A DNA stretch of 64,000 nucleotides from Octopus bimaculoides. Lineage: Eukaryota. Below the pieces are notes generated by a model. The model ran no database searches, had not been told where the DNA came from, and saw nothing but the letters and a program-made list of their open reading frames with translations. The position numbers and the translations under genes were made by a program. Where the stretch lies: positions 57,228,642-57,292,641 of the forward strand of contig NC_068984.1 of the NCBI RefSeq assembly GCF_001194135.2. The letters are read 5' to 3'. Below, piece after piece: positions 13,604 through 27,595 of the stretch. Position 1 is the first letter of the stretch, and each line of letters opens with the position of its first letter.

Positions 13604-13810
13604 ATCTTTTACTTGTTTCAGTCATTAGGCTGCAGCTATGCTGGGGCACTGTCTTGAAGAATTTCAATTGAACAATTCAAGCCCAGTTTTTAAGCTTGCT
13701 ACTTTTTCTATCGGTATCTTTTGCTGAGCCGCTATGTTATGGTGGCATAAACACACTAACAACAATTATCAAGTGGTGGTTGGGGACAAACACAGACACA
13801 AAATCACATA
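13604..13810 (-). mobile_element. SINE family A, 3' half
   Basis: TTTTACTTGTTTCAGTCATT...GGGGACAAACACAGACACA, then runs into (TA)n. Confidence 0.75.
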
Positions 13811-13851
<41 letters not shown>

Positions 13852-14570
13852 CTTTGAGCACATATGTAAATACACAGGGTGTATATATGTGGATGTATGT
13901 CAGATTTCTTTTGTGTGTGAGTATGTATAGGTATGTATATATATGTGTGTGTGTGTGTGTAAATATTAACATGAAAGATGGAGTGAGCAATCCATTATAT
14001 TGCATAATTCTACAATTGTTTCATTGATATTTTATCCAAAGATTATGGCTTTGATATTATTATATATGTGCAACATTACACTGTGTTGCTATTATTGTAC
14101 TAATACTACAAGATATAAACACACCAGATTAATGTACAAAATCCATTTTCTGCAGATGTATGTATGTGTATATGTTACATATATAGAGATAAAACTTACT
14201 TGGAAATGGATGCATGGCATTCGATCATATAATAATATAAAAAATATTTAAATATATGCATATATACATACATATTTGTACATATCTACATACATGTGTA
14301 TATATGCATGCTGTCCCTACCTTCGAAACGTGGAATAGATAAAACAGGGGACAACTGATAAAGGGAATGTTCTTTATGTTGCCTGTCTTGTTTCTCTTGT
14401 TTCTTTCATTGTTCGAAAAAAGTTTACTTTCTATGTTTTTTTATGTTCTTGTTTCTCATTTTGTTCATGTTTTTTTGATGTCCTGTACCCATATATGCCT
14501 GTATATATACATATATATATGTAGGTATGTACATATATGTATATATATATGCATATATTTATATATTATT

Positions 14571-14638
<68 letters not shown>

Positions 14639-15022
14639 TATACAATCATTATTTATTTTATATTTAAATTTTGTGTTTTTCACAAATTAGATAACTGACA
14701 GTGCATCCATTCTAATAATAGAAAAAGCTTCAGTTGAAATCCTTGCTATTTCCATTGTATTTGCATCCATACATACTTATGTGTGTATGTATTTACTTCT
14801 GTGTACACGCACATATATATCTATGCCTGTACACATACATGCACACACACACACACACACAAGTTTATCAAAACATGAAGTTATAGTTGTTTAGCCTAGG
14901 TTAGCTATGTAGAATAGGAGTGTGGCATGTAGGTATTCAATCAAATGATTTAATGGGATCCACAGAAGCAGTGTTCCTGATATAGCAGTGTTCTACCTCT
15001 TGAAGGCTTATACTATGTAATA

Positions 15023-16273
15023 TCAAGTCATCCCATAAGTTCTGACCGAATTTTGAATAAAGAAAACAAGTGATCAAATGTTATATTTAATTGAAATTTT
15101 ATCATCAATGTACTTTCCCCGATTATCTATGACTTCCTTTCATCTATTTACAAGCTTTTTAATCCCATCAATGTAAAACTCTTTTGGTTTCAAAGCGAAG
15201 AACTCTGAATTGTCAGTTTTGACCTCTTCCTGGCTTGCGAAATTTATCTCCCCCAGATGAATCTGTAAACTACAAAACAAATGGTAATCTGAAGGAGCAA
15301 GGGCGAGAGAATTGAGTGGATGAGGAACTTTTTCCCAACCAAGCTCTTCGATCTTGTGTGATGTGATCTTTGCAGTGTGGGGTTACGCATTGTCTTGATG
15401 AAACATCACTCCTTTTCGATTCACTAAAATGGGTCTTTTTTTCTTCAAAGCTTGGTTCAAACACTCTAATTGCTGACAGTAAACTTGAGCATTGATTGTT
15501 GCATTAGGTGGTAACAATTCAAAGTGAATTACTCCTTTGCAATCCCACCAGATAGAGAGAGAAGAACCTTTTTCTATGAAGTTCCCTTCTCACTTGTGGT
15601 TGAGCTTTTTCCCTTTTACCAAGCCACTGTTTAGGATGTTTAAAATTTTGATAGAAGATTCATTTTTCATCACCAGTCACCAGTCTATCCAAAAAGGGGT
15701 GAAATGAGTTCACGAGAATGGAGAGAAGAGCAGATGTCAATTCGGGATTTGCGGTTGCTTTCGGACAGTTCATGAGGCACCCATTTTCCAAGTCGTTGAA
15801 GATGATGATGAACAGTTGTATGGCTTGAACTAAGCTTTATTGCAGGATTTTCTTCAAGTAATTCCTCAAGGAGCTTATCATCAAACTCAACTGGACGTCT
15901 TGTTCAATCTTCATCTTCAAGGCTGAAATCTCCACTTCTGAATTTTGCAAACCATCTTCTGCAAGTTCTTTCATTCAAGCATTCTTTCCCATAAACTGAG
16001 TGTATGGTTCAAGTCGCTTTGGCTGCAGAGTTTCCTTTTTTGTACTCATAAAGCATTATGTGCCTTAAATGCTCTTTGAATACTTCCATGTTAGAAAGGG
16101 TTTTAATCAAAGAAATTTTAATTCTATTATTCTGTAAAATAATATTTAATTAGTTTAAATGTACACAAATGCATAAAAATAATTTTAAATTCCATTATAC
16201 ATTCTAAAATACTATTAAATTTCATTCAATTTTAAAAAGGGTAAAACCGGGCAGAGCTTATGGGATGACCTGA
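15023..16273 (-). mobile_element. Full-length inactivated mariner (Tc1/mariner) DNA transposon, about 1.25 kb
   Basis: TIRs TA|TCAAGTCATCCCATAAGTTCTGACCG... and ...CCGGGCAGAGCTTATGGGATGACCTGA|TA. The minus frame from ATG 16089 reads MEVFKEHLRHIMLYEYKKGNSAAKAT*...RRWFAKFRSGDFSLEDED...GKWVPHELS...FLDRLVTGDEK*I...VMFHQDNA*PH...PHP...LAPSDYH. These are the WVPHEL and catalytic D,D34D mariner motifs, with stops and frameshifts. Confidence 0.92.
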
Positions 16274-17419
16274 TAGTTTGTCATGTAGAGATGTGGAACA
16301 ATCTAGACATTTTGTTTCCCCTTATACACTCACCACTTTACAGTTTGATTTAAAATGCTTGTTGAGTGGCTACAGTTGTGGGAGACTTTGGGTCAAAAGC
16401 ACAGCAATTTTATTGTTCTCCAGTTCTAACGCTGCTATTATTATTATGCTTGTTTTCTTTTTATGTCTGTCTTGACTGTATAAGATAGATAGTATTGTAA
16501 TTCTTATTGATGTTGTTTAACCCCTAATTAGTCCTGAGCAAGCAAACCTATGATCAAAGACAATGATGTTCCACTTATTTATTAGATGGACATAGTGTGT
16601 CTGCAAGGATTAAATCGGGAGGAAATTTGACTGCTGTTTCTTTCTTACATCTTGAACGACTACTTAAAAGCTCCTTCAGTGGTTTTATAGTGTTGTAAAT
16701 ATGTCTGGGTGTTTGGCATTATTGGTAAGAATTTCTCTTATATTCATGTGATTCTCATTATGTGACACCTTGGGCATATGTCTTCTACCAAAACCTTAGG
16801 TCATCATCCTAAGCTTTGTGAGTGAAACAGTCAGAAATTGGGTATAAACCCATCAGATAGAATGTACCTGATCATGGATGGGAGACCTTCTCTACCACTC
16901 AGTTAAACACACATATATATCTATATGTGCCACCTGGTGCTTTGGTATTTTAAGCTGAGTTACAAGATCTTGGACTAAGTCTCCAATCTGGGGATAATTC
17001 AAAATTGTGGACTTAATCCATCTCTGTTTAATACTACTACCTACCATCTTGGATGCTTTTTGTTGAGCCCACTTTGTTGTAAGCATTTGGGCCAGGTCTC
17101 CATTTTGAGGATAACTTCTTCCTCCCACCTACCATTCTTGGAGGCCCTGTAAACGATCATGAGCAATAACTACCTTCCTGACTAAAAGATTAATGAAAAA
17201 AAAAAGTTACAATCTGCTTCTACTGTAGCCTCTAAATCGTGGTGTGTGTTTTTTTTCTTTCTCCTCTTCAAGTCTTTGATAAAAAAGCCAAGACTGTTGC
17301 CATCCTTCTTACTAAAACAAATTGAGTTAAAATTAATCTCATAATCCTAGGGATATCAAAGAATGGACCTTGGTGCTGTGTCCCTCATAATGTTTTTTTT
17401 TTGTTTCACTGTGTAAATG

Positions 17420-17463
<44 letters not shown>

Positions 17464-19384
17464 TCACTGTGTAACCTGTGATTAGAAATGCACTGTTTTC
17501 TATTTTTTATTCTATAATTTGTTGAGAGGAATTTAGCATCCAGACCTTCTCCATCATGTGTTTAGCATAGTTTTCCCTTTGATTTAATGAAATGTAATAT
17601 CTGCTTGTGTTCTGTTAGTGTGTCATATTAATTTCTCTCTTGTGTCTTCTGCTCTTGCTGTGGATGTTGAATGGGTGTGTGTTACATGTAATTTTCTAGT
17701 TTTTTTTTCATTTCCTCTGTGTATGTTGTGTGTGTGTGTGTGTGTATACATGTTTGTACACAGTTTGTGTTGAAGATGCATGGTTGAATGATTAAGAAGT
17801 TAGCTTTGCTATCACAAGATCTTGGGCAAGTGTCTTATAGCCTCAGGTCAACTTAAGCTTTGTGGGTGAAATTGGAAAAATAGGAACTATGCAGAAGACC
17901 ATTTTCTTTCTACTCAGTTGTACTAGTAATTCAAAGATCACTAACTGTGTCACACAAACTGCCTAAGAATTAAATTAAGGAGATGTGTCTGTTGAGTAGG
18001 CATTATATAGTAATGTATAGGTGTTTAGTGTTTAACATATATGGATGCATGTTAACAGTGATTGAAACATTATCTGATAAGGAATACAGTATGAAATGTA
18101 GAGTCAAATATATATATTTGTGTGTGTGTGTGTGTATGCGAGCGAGTGAGTGAGTGAGCGAGCGACAGACAGACAGCTGATTTTTTTAATGTACTTAAAA
18201 TTTCATGAAACTATTTTGTAAATGATATATTTTCACTTCAATCTTACTGTGAAATCCCTCTCTTGAAATAGTAAAGTATTCTTCTCCACACTGATGCATA
18301 TGAGTAAATGGGCACTTTTGAAATTTGATCCACTGATTGGCAGCTTTCACCATAATGTTATACCAATCCTGAACTCTTTTTGACTGCATAAACAGACAAG
18401 CATGCAATTCAATGAGGGAACAACTATGTGGTTGCTAAACCAACTAGAAATAATAGCTGAATAGCAACTGAAAGAGACAGAGGCAAAAATATTTTAGTGA
18501 GGCAAGCAAATAAATTGCTATAGAATATTAACCATTCATTTTATTTCCTTAGTATTTTTAACTACAATTATCTTTCAGATTTTTTTTTCTAGTATAGCCA
18601 CAAAACCTGAAATTTTATGGGAGGGGCTTAGTTGATACCACCGACCAGTTCTTGACTAGTACTTTATTTTATTGGCCTTGAGAAGTTGAAAGGCAAATTG
18701 GACTTCAGCAAGAGTACAGAGCAAACATACATTTCTCCATTTAAAATCATTTACAATTCGTAAAGTGGCATTCTGCTCTTTTCTCTATCATCTAGCTTTC
18801 AAACTGATATGTAGTTGTGTAATCTGCTAGAAATAGCTGCTAAATCTTCACTTAAATCTTGTCCTATTTTACCAAAGAGAGGGATGAATTGAATAGTCTG
18901 ATCAGTTGGGAAGTACCCAACTGTACCCTGAAAGTGGTATAATCAACTGTACCTTGAAACTGGTGCCCCAGCATGGCCATAGTGCAATGACTGAAACTAG
19001 GAATAGATTGAAAGAATAGTATTTCAGTTGATTGTTCTTCTTATTTATATTTTGTTTTAAACCATTTTTTGTGTTGTTTTCAGTGATGTGTTATATATAT
19101 GAGACATTACCAGAGCACTTTTTTTTACTGCCTGCTGTTCCTTTGTTCATTTATTAAGCATATATTTTAGCCACTCATTTCATTCCTTTGTCATTGTGTG
19201 ATCAGAGATGATGTTTGTTATGATCCATTGTTGCATGAAAATACTCCTTTTACTTCATATCTGTCTACCATACTTGTGATTACAACCAATTCTTCAGACA
19301 TCTGATTCTTTCTTCCCTCCATTCTCTCTACCTCTTTCTCTTCTTGCTTGTCTATCTTTCTTTTTTTTTTCCTCTCTTTCTCTC

Positions 19385-19424
<40 letters not shown>

Positions 19425-19738
19425 GCACACACATACTTCTATGTATGTATGTATGTCAATGTATTGGACTAGGTCTTTAAGTCCAGATATATGTTGAATA
19501 TCTGTCAATTTGCTCTCACCAATGAACCAATTGAAAATGTACCCTTGTGTATAAATTTTAAAGCCTATAGAAACTGGTTAGTTATTCACTTTGGTTGTAC
19601 ATAACATCAGAATACAGTACATTCACATTTTATTATAAGCGTGTAGAAGATTCTAAAGAATATTTAAATTCTATACATATTTCTTACACAGTCATAGAGT
19701 ACTTGGTTATTTTTATCAGATGTTTTTTTTTTCTTTTA

Positions 19739-19783
<45 letters not shown>

Positions 19784-22700
19784 TCCTATCTGTCTGTCTA
19801 TGTCTATCTTTATATCTTGTTAATTGTGTGTTTATGTATGCATATATCTATCTAGCAATCTAACTATGTGTCTGGAGCTTTTCTATGCTGCCTGACTGAC
19901 CACATCATTCCACCACATTATTGAGCAAAAGAGGAAGTTTCTGTGACTGTTTGAGCAGCCAAACACCATGAAATCACATTCTACCTCCTTAAAAAAAAAA
20001 GGAGGAATAGTTGCATAATGTAGTCCTAGATATTTATAAAGTGGGCTAGTCATGGCTGAATGCTTTTGATCATAAGTCTGTTTGATCACATGGCTCTAAA
20101 CAAAACAACAATAACCACATTAAGTAGTGTCGTGCAACAGCTGTCAGTATGTTCACCTTTTCAGTGAATTTCTCAACATGTCTTTTGTAGTTGAGTCATG
20201 TTCTTTTCTTTGCTGTTGCAGAATGTACAATTTGAGAAACTTTGAAATTTTATTTTATTTTCTGTCTATATTTGTGTAAGCATATGTCCATCATATTTGT
20301 GATAATTATTCAATATTCAAAGAAAATACACTTTCTAAATCTGAGACTTATAACTAGAGTAAAAAAAAAACAAAATTGATCAGACTATAAATTTCACTTT
20401 TTTTTCTATCAACCCTGTTTCTATTTGTGTATTCTCTGATCATTTTCTGGTACCATGTGTATGTACATTACCTTGCTTTAGGGTTAAACAAAGCTCTATT
20501 GCTGCTCTATCACAGATGCAAACATATGTTAAAACATGTGTCTTTTGAAGGATCAAATGAAACACAAAAGATAAAATTGATTTAACTGTTAAATAAAAAG
20601 AACATTCTGCTCTAGTATTTCTAAATAATAGTAGGGTTTCTTATAATGTTTTAATACCTCAACATTTCTTTGTTCACAGGTTTGCAGATACTCTTTAATC
20701 TGTTTATCTCACAAAGTAACCCCTATCCGAAATGACTGAATACATTTTTCAAATTCATAAATCTATAACAATTCCCTTTCTGTTGTGTCAGTATTTTCCT
20801 TCCTTGTATTGTTTTATAGGTTATGAGGTTCCTAAGAATCAGACATTTTACATGTGTTCTTGAGAAAAATCCAGGTGGAAGGTTGTTGTACACCCCATCA
20901 GTTGACTGATCACTTAACAGATGTCTGTCTATTTTCTACTGAGGTGGGCTAACATAGATTAGGTCATAGTTCTTTTAAAACATGTGTGCATCTTGAGTTT
21001 TGAAAAAATTCATCACTTATAAGTTAACAATATGACACCTTAGCAATTCAATTATTACTTCTTTCTTAGCTATGAAATATATATATATATTATGTAAAAA
21101 AATTTTATATTCCATACTGGAATACTTAAAAATATATTAGGCTTCATCCCTATTTTGTAACAATAAACAGTAGTACTTTGGTTTTCGAACAATTCTGATC
21201 ACGAATAAATTGTGCTTTATCTCCTTCTTTCTCATATTTATTTACTACAGTACTACCACGGTTTGTGAATGCCTCTGATCACAAATAAATGATGCTTTAT
21301 ATATATATATATANNNNNNNNNNTAGCATGGTATATTCAAGATCAGAGTTGTTTGAAAACCGAAGTACTACTGTATTATATATAACGAGATATTTAACTG
21401 TTAACTGTAATCTTTTTCATTTTGTTATTGAACAAGCTTATTAGCGGTTTTATAAGAAGTACCATTACTAAATTAAACACATGTCATCCTCCATTTAGAT
21501 TATCTCTGTTTTATTTACTGAGTCAACTTCAAATTACATTGCATAGTACCCAATTTAAATATTGCAAGTAACAAATGAAAACAAATGTGAATGCATGTTT
21601 GATATGTGTTTGATACTGAAGGAGAAGTGTTAACCAGGACATATAACTGAAAGAGAAGTGTTAACCAGGATATATGAAATGATCGCCTTTGACTGTCCAA
21701 AATATTTATTATTCAGCACACCTGAATATCCTCTGCAGCTCCTTTTCTTTTTTTTTTTTAATTCAATATCTCGTATTTTTATTTGTCAAGTTACACTTAT
21801 TATTTCTAACTTAGGCAGGTTTTCTTGTCATCCTTGTCAACATGAAAAAAAAAATACAATGTTCTCCAGATGTTTCTAATAATGATAAAAATATATGTCT
21901 GCTTGATCTAAATAATACATTTCAAATTCAGAAAAAGTTTACTGATTCTTTTCTGTCGATGCATTCAGTACTATGCTGCAATGTGTGTGTATTTGTGTAT
22001 ATTGGTTTCCCTCGCTCACACATTAAGATGATCAAAGTAAGAAATAATAGCTTTATAATATTGGTTCTAGTTATCTGGAATTAAGTTAAACTCCCTGCAG
22101 CATTACATTTGTCTTGAAGTGTGTAAATTATTTTGCTTCAGTTATCATAGAGTTGGCTATGGAGTATTAATTAGGAAAAACCTAGAAAGAGTTTTTTTAT
22201 GTAACTAGATAGTAATGGTGGTGGTGGTGGTGGTGGTGATGGTGGCAGCAACAGTTGTTGTTGCTGTTATTATGGTAGTGCTTTTAAAAAAACACTAATA
22301 GAGTTTAAATAAAAATATGCTTACCAATGATACTGTATAATTAAATATGCTTAAAACAAACAAAGTGTAGTAGTTAGAGATGAATCTTTAAAAACTCCAG
22401 ATAGCTTAATTATGGCAATTTAAAACACAGGCAACCAGATGTATCTATACCAAAGAAATGAAAAAAAAAAAAAGAATGAAACTAAGGAAGGTAAGTTGGG
22501 TGAAGATGAAGATGAGACAGTCACTTGAATAGTGAATAGTAACAATAAAAAGGGTCCTAAGTGATTATTTGTAAAAGCTTACATGATAGGAGGAAGGGAA
22601 AACATCTGTTGGATAGTTTAAGAGGTGAATGTTATAAGGTGAATGCAAAATAGTAAACTACACCTGATATTTTGACTTCAGTTAGAAAAGTTGTGTCTGA

Positions 22701-24241
22701 GTGTATGTAGAATTCATCTCTCTCACCTAGATATCAGCAACAAAGACCTTCAGGTATTCTTGTTCAAAGTCTTTCTTCTTAATTCCCTTAAATTCACCAA
22801 CTACTTCTCTCCCTCTCTGAATGCCTCCAACCACTAACATTTGCTTCAGTATCTCTCTGTCCTTCAATGCAAACGTCAGTCTCATTACACTTATCTCTTA
22901 AGCCATCATCTTCTATGACTCAAATGCCCACAGTTGTTTTTCTCTTTCACATTCTTACCACACTGACACCATGGATGCAGAGGCTGAATTATTTGCCATT
23001 CTAAACTACCTGGAACAATTAGTATTTTTACCTTTCCTTATTATTGAATAACACTCCTGAAACAGCCTTGATCTCTATTTCATTTCCAAACCAAGCCATT
23101 ACTTATTGAATCATCTGACACGGTCTAATTAAAGCAATATCCTTTACTCCACAAACATCCTGATAGTCAGCTAATCAGTTTTATTATAGAAACACCTTAC
23201 AGCAAATAAGCTTCATTCATTACCCATGTAAGACAGCTAGATGAGTGGCCAAAACAATTCTCCTAAGCATGTGTCTTTTTATTCCATAACTCTAAAATTC
23301 TCATATGGTTCACTTATGTCTGTGCTACAGCAGTAATAAAAAAACATTGCTTAACAAAACTGCAACTCATGTCACTTATTAAAGTCATTTGTTTAACAGG
23401 AGGTGAAACATATTTTATCACAGTAGATATTAACTTCATCTTCTTTCATTCTAATCCTTCATCTTCTCTTTGAGATTCAGTTTTCTTCAACTGTTATGTA
23501 GTAGATTTTGTCTTGACATTTTCTAATAACTGTGCTTATCTTCTCCACTTTCATTTCACTTAAAAAGTTTTTTGTTTTTTTTCTGATTTACCTTATGCAT
23601 TAACACTCACTCAAGAACATAATCTGGGCTTTAACTTTATGGCTGTTTTTCATTTGTAATTGTTTAGGTAAGAATCTAAAAATATACCCTTAGGATGAAA
23701 TCTAGGTCTATTAGATATTTTGGTTTGTTTCTGGTAAAATCATGACCACTCATTTATGACTAGGTTACAGGCATCAACACTTACTTTCAGCAACAGTTCC
23801 ACTTAGCATTAAAAATTTAGTGTTGCTAATAAGGAGATACTCCATAGTAATATGACTTTCTGAACAAACATTCTCATTAGAAGAGTTCACAGGCGCAATT
23901 TGGTAATGATGAGTTCAGAAATGAGAGTTAAAGGAAAATATGCATTCAGGTTTATTGTTGTTGTTTGGCATGACCATATTGCCTTTCTTGCCTTATCAAT
24001 TAGCTTCTGCATTCTATAAGATAGTAAGGTGAGATTTTTAGAGAGATTTGGCTGATATTTCTAGCATACTGCATAGAGATTTCATTATTAGTTTGGACTT
24101 GCATCTGTTTTATGTGGCTATATTTTATAGATTGATAGACAAGTGTTTACACAGTGCACACACACAATATTTACCTAGATACATGAATATATTTATAGTA
24201 TGTTGTATAATGTGTGAGACACCTAGTGTATGTGAGTAAAA

Positions 24242-24275
<34 letters not shown>

Positions 24276-24289
24276 ATGTATAAAGGATC

Positions 24290-24670
24290 TACAGATGTTG
24301 GGACTCAGAGAGGGGATGTCAGGGGACCAAGACTCCTAGCAATTTGCTGTGCTTGAAAAGACATGTCAAACTAAGTACAAGTGTGGTTGCCCTTGCATTC
24401 AGGCTATTCCCCATAAACCCTCTCCTCTTGAGCATCCCTAATATTGTGGGCTCTTAAGTGCTGGTGCCACGAAAAAAAAACACCCATGCTGCTACTGTGT
24501 ATAAGTACCCCTTACACTCTATAAAGTGGTTTGTGTTAGGGAGGGCTTCCAGCTGTAGAAACCATGCCAAAACAGACAGGGAGCCTGAACGGCCCTTTAA
24601 CTGGCCAGCTCCTGTCAAACCTTCCAACCCATACCAGCATGGAAAACAGACATTAAATGATGATTATGAT
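24290..24670 (+). mobile_element. RTE-type LINE 3' tail (diverged)
   Basis: Ends GGGAGGGCTTCCAGCTGTAGAAACC...CCAACCCATACCAGCATGGAAAACAGACATTAAATGATGAT. Confidence 0.7.
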
Positions 24671-24747
24671 GCTATAGATATATATATATATATACACACA
24701 CACATACATACATACATGTACTCACTCTCACACACACATATACACAC

Positions 24748-25210
24748 CATCATCATTATTTAATGCCCATTTACCATGCTGGCATGGGTTGGACGGTTTG
24801 ACAGGAGCTGAAGAGCTGTCCAGATTCCATTTGTCTGTTTTGGCATTGTTTCTATGGCTGGATACTCTTCCTAATGCCAACTACTTTACAGAGTATGCTG
24901 GGTGTTTTTTATGTGCTACCAGCACAAATGCACTTACATGTCACCAAATTGAGTGAATTTTATGTGGTACTGACATGAGTACCTTTTACGTAGCACCAGC
25001 ACCTGCTAGGCAAAGACCTCTCAGCTGGGAGAGGAAGTGGAGGCATTGCTGCAAAGGACATGCCTGTATGTATGGATGGCCACAATTTTACACTGCTTAA
25101 CATGTCTTCTCTAGTACAGCAAATCGCCACAAGTCCCAGTCCCTTGTCATCTATTCAGTGAGGCCCATATGTTAAGTGTGTGTGTGTTTATCTGCTCACA
25201 AGGTCTCTCT
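24748..25210 (-). mobile_element. RTE-type LINE 3' tail, inverted relative to 24290-24670
   Basis: CATCATCATTATTTAATGCCCATTTACCATGCTGGCATGGGTTGGACGG... is the reverse complement of the same tail. Confidence 0.7.
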
Positions 25211-25403
25211 GATAGGTGAGTGAGACAATGGGAATAAATTATCCATGCGTAAATCCTGCTCCAAATGTTAGCAACAGAATGGGCTCTGTTAAAGCCAGGG
25301 AAGGACCAAGTAGTAATGTTATACTGAGTGAAGGAGGTTTTGTGTGTGCGTGCATATATCTGGATGTATGTATTCATGTATGTGCACACACATGCACAAA
25401 CAA

Positions 25404-25442
<39 letters not shown>

Positions 25443-25454
25443 ATTATTTAAAAT

Positions 25455-25498
<44 letters not shown>

Positions 25499-26443
25499 TG
25501 TGTGTGTGTATAAAAGCATGCACACACACACACAGGTAGGTAGATAGATAGATAGATAGATATACAAATGAGGAAATCAATTAATTTGAGAAGACATATT
25601 TCTGTTTTGTTTACATATCTGCATGCAACAAAGTTTAAATATAGCACACCTACATATCTTTTGATATATGTCGTGCTCTTTCACTCCATTCATCTTTCTC
25701 TATTATTATGTATTTTTTCTGTCTATCTCTCTGTCATTTTCTGATTTCGAAAGTGAATGCAGGAGAGATGTTTTGGTGATCACAGTTTTTTTTTTCTTTT
25801 GTTTTTTTATTTGGGTGGGAGAAAAGATTAAATTCTGAAATGCCAGAATAGATTTAGTTTCCTTATACAAAGAACCTGCTTGTTACTTGCTTTCTTGCTT
25901 GCTTGCTTTTCTTTCCCCTCCACTCATACTCACTGTCTGTGGCTTCTCATGGGTCCACTGGTATCTTTCTATGTTGCTTCACTAACTAAAGTCTGTTACT
26001 CACGAAAGGAAAATACCACATAGGAACTGCCTTCAGTTAGATACCCTCCTCTTTTGCTTTCTCCTTACTAAGTAATTTAGTGACTGACTCTTTGTGTTGT
26101 GTGTCTGTGTGTATATAGATCATATTCTCAGAAACAGAGAGAAGTATACAGAAAGAAGGGTAGGGAAAATGGCATCTCTGACTTGGGATATACTGCTGTT
26201 TATGATGGGGGTATATTGTATCAGAGTGAACTATATATAACATATAACACACACTCTCACACACACACGTGTATGTGTTATTGTGTACACTGTCGTTTAC
26301 AGTCTGTGGTCGAATGCAACACCATTGTGCAGCAGCATTAGGATGGATTTGACTGTTTAGTAGACAGGCAGTGCAAGAAGTGCTGTGCTGCTGCAGATGT
26401 AGTTTCCCCTGGCTTGTTTGGGAGAAACAAGATTATTATTCTC

Positions 26444-26598
26444 ATGATGACATATTCAGTGGCTCTGCTGACAGCAGCAGCACCACAGCAACACCAGCAC
26501 CAACGGGTATGACCACTGATTTATATGGGAGCACAGCTGTCCATTACATAACAAAAATACAAATGATCAGCTGGAGTATAATGCTTCGGACTATTGAG
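26444..26598 (+). CDS. Candidate upstream exon with two possible phase-0 donors (MMTYSVALLTAAAPQQHQHQR| at 26506, or MTTDLYGSTAVHYITKIQMISWSIMLRTIE| at 26598)
   Basis: GC-enriched unique sequence with CAG/CAC runs. Donors CGG|GTATGA and GAG|GTAAAT each close an ATG-initiated whole number of codons. Confidence 0.35.
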
Positions 26599-26732
26599 GT
26601 AAATTACGATTTTTCTTTGAAAATTCTATTTGTTTTTGTTCCCTACCTCTTACATATTTTTTCTTTATTCTTCCCATTCTCTCTCTCTCTCCCCCTTCTG
26701 TCTGACTATCAGACTGTCTGTCTCTCTCTGTG

Positions 26733-26764
<32 letters not shown>

Positions 26765-26894
26765 ATCCATATGAAAAACAAAAGCTAAAATTGAACCCAT
26801 ACACTTGAGTTCAATTATGTTGTTTCCTTTGTTGTTTTCCATGAGAAGCAACATGTTTTGTGGGGAGGAGAACATACTTTTTTTATGGTAACCC

Positions 26895-26930
26895 ATGATG
26901 ATGGCGATGACGCTGCCGATGACAATAAGG
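26895..26930 (+). CDS. Candidate alternative first exon (MMMAMTLPMTIR|)
   Basis: AGG|GTAAGG donor at 26930/26931, 12 codons from ATG 26895, locally CpG-rich. Confidence 0.2.
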
Positions 26931-26979
26931 GTAAGGTTAGGGTTGGTGGCTAGCTTTTCAAAGTTACTTAATACACAAT

Positions 26980-27030
26980 TCGCAAATCTGCACAGCACTT
27001 TCCGATGAGTAACACGTGATGTCAGTAGTT
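26980..27030. promoter_or_regulatory. Possible cis-regulatory element: E-box CACGTG overlapping a CRE/ATF-like TGATGTCA
   Basis: GAGTAACACGTGATGTCAGT at 27007-27026. CpGs are retained here in a generally CpG-poor background. Confidence 0.3.
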
Positions 27031-27310
27031 ACTGCTACTGTATACATGCATGTATGTATGGATGTGCCTGTATTTTTATTATTCTTCCATTTAATTATTG
27101 TCATATATTTGTTCAAAATTAGCTTCGTAGTATAGATTAAAGTTTCAAGGCTGTAAATTGATAAAAATCTCATGAACATTTGTGACATTTGTTATTTATT
27201 TTTTTATAACTTTTTATATTTAAATACATAAAATTAAAATGCCAATTATTATTATTATTATTATTATTATTAATAATAATAATATTATTATTATAACTAC
27301 TACTATTATT

Positions 27311-27523
27311 AGGGTGGCGAGCTGATAGGAACATTAGCATGTCAGCATGTTTAGTGACATTTCATCTGTCTTTATGTTTTTACATTCAAATTCCATTGAG
27401 TTTGAATTTGCCTTTCATCCTTTCAGGATTGATAAAATGAGTACCAGTTGAATACTGGGGTCGATGTAATTGACTTATCCCCTCTGCAAAATTGCTGGCC
27501 TTGTGCCAAAACTTGAAATTATT

Positions 27524-27595
<72 letters not shown>

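Noticed and set aside
14325-14400. CCTTCGAAACGTG...GGGGACAACTGATAAAGGG: hammerhead-like half motifs
   Set aside because: The core reads CTGATAA, the triplet would be GUG, and I could not build consistent stems. It may be a decayed Penelope-type repeat but is not supportable as a ribozyme.
26750-26998. 82-aa minus ORF with a hydrophobic stretch (LTLIVIGSVIAIIMG)
   Set aside because: Non-ATG start. The hydrophobicity comes from the antisense of GAT/GAC-rich text, and there is no homology. Kept only as part of the island finding.
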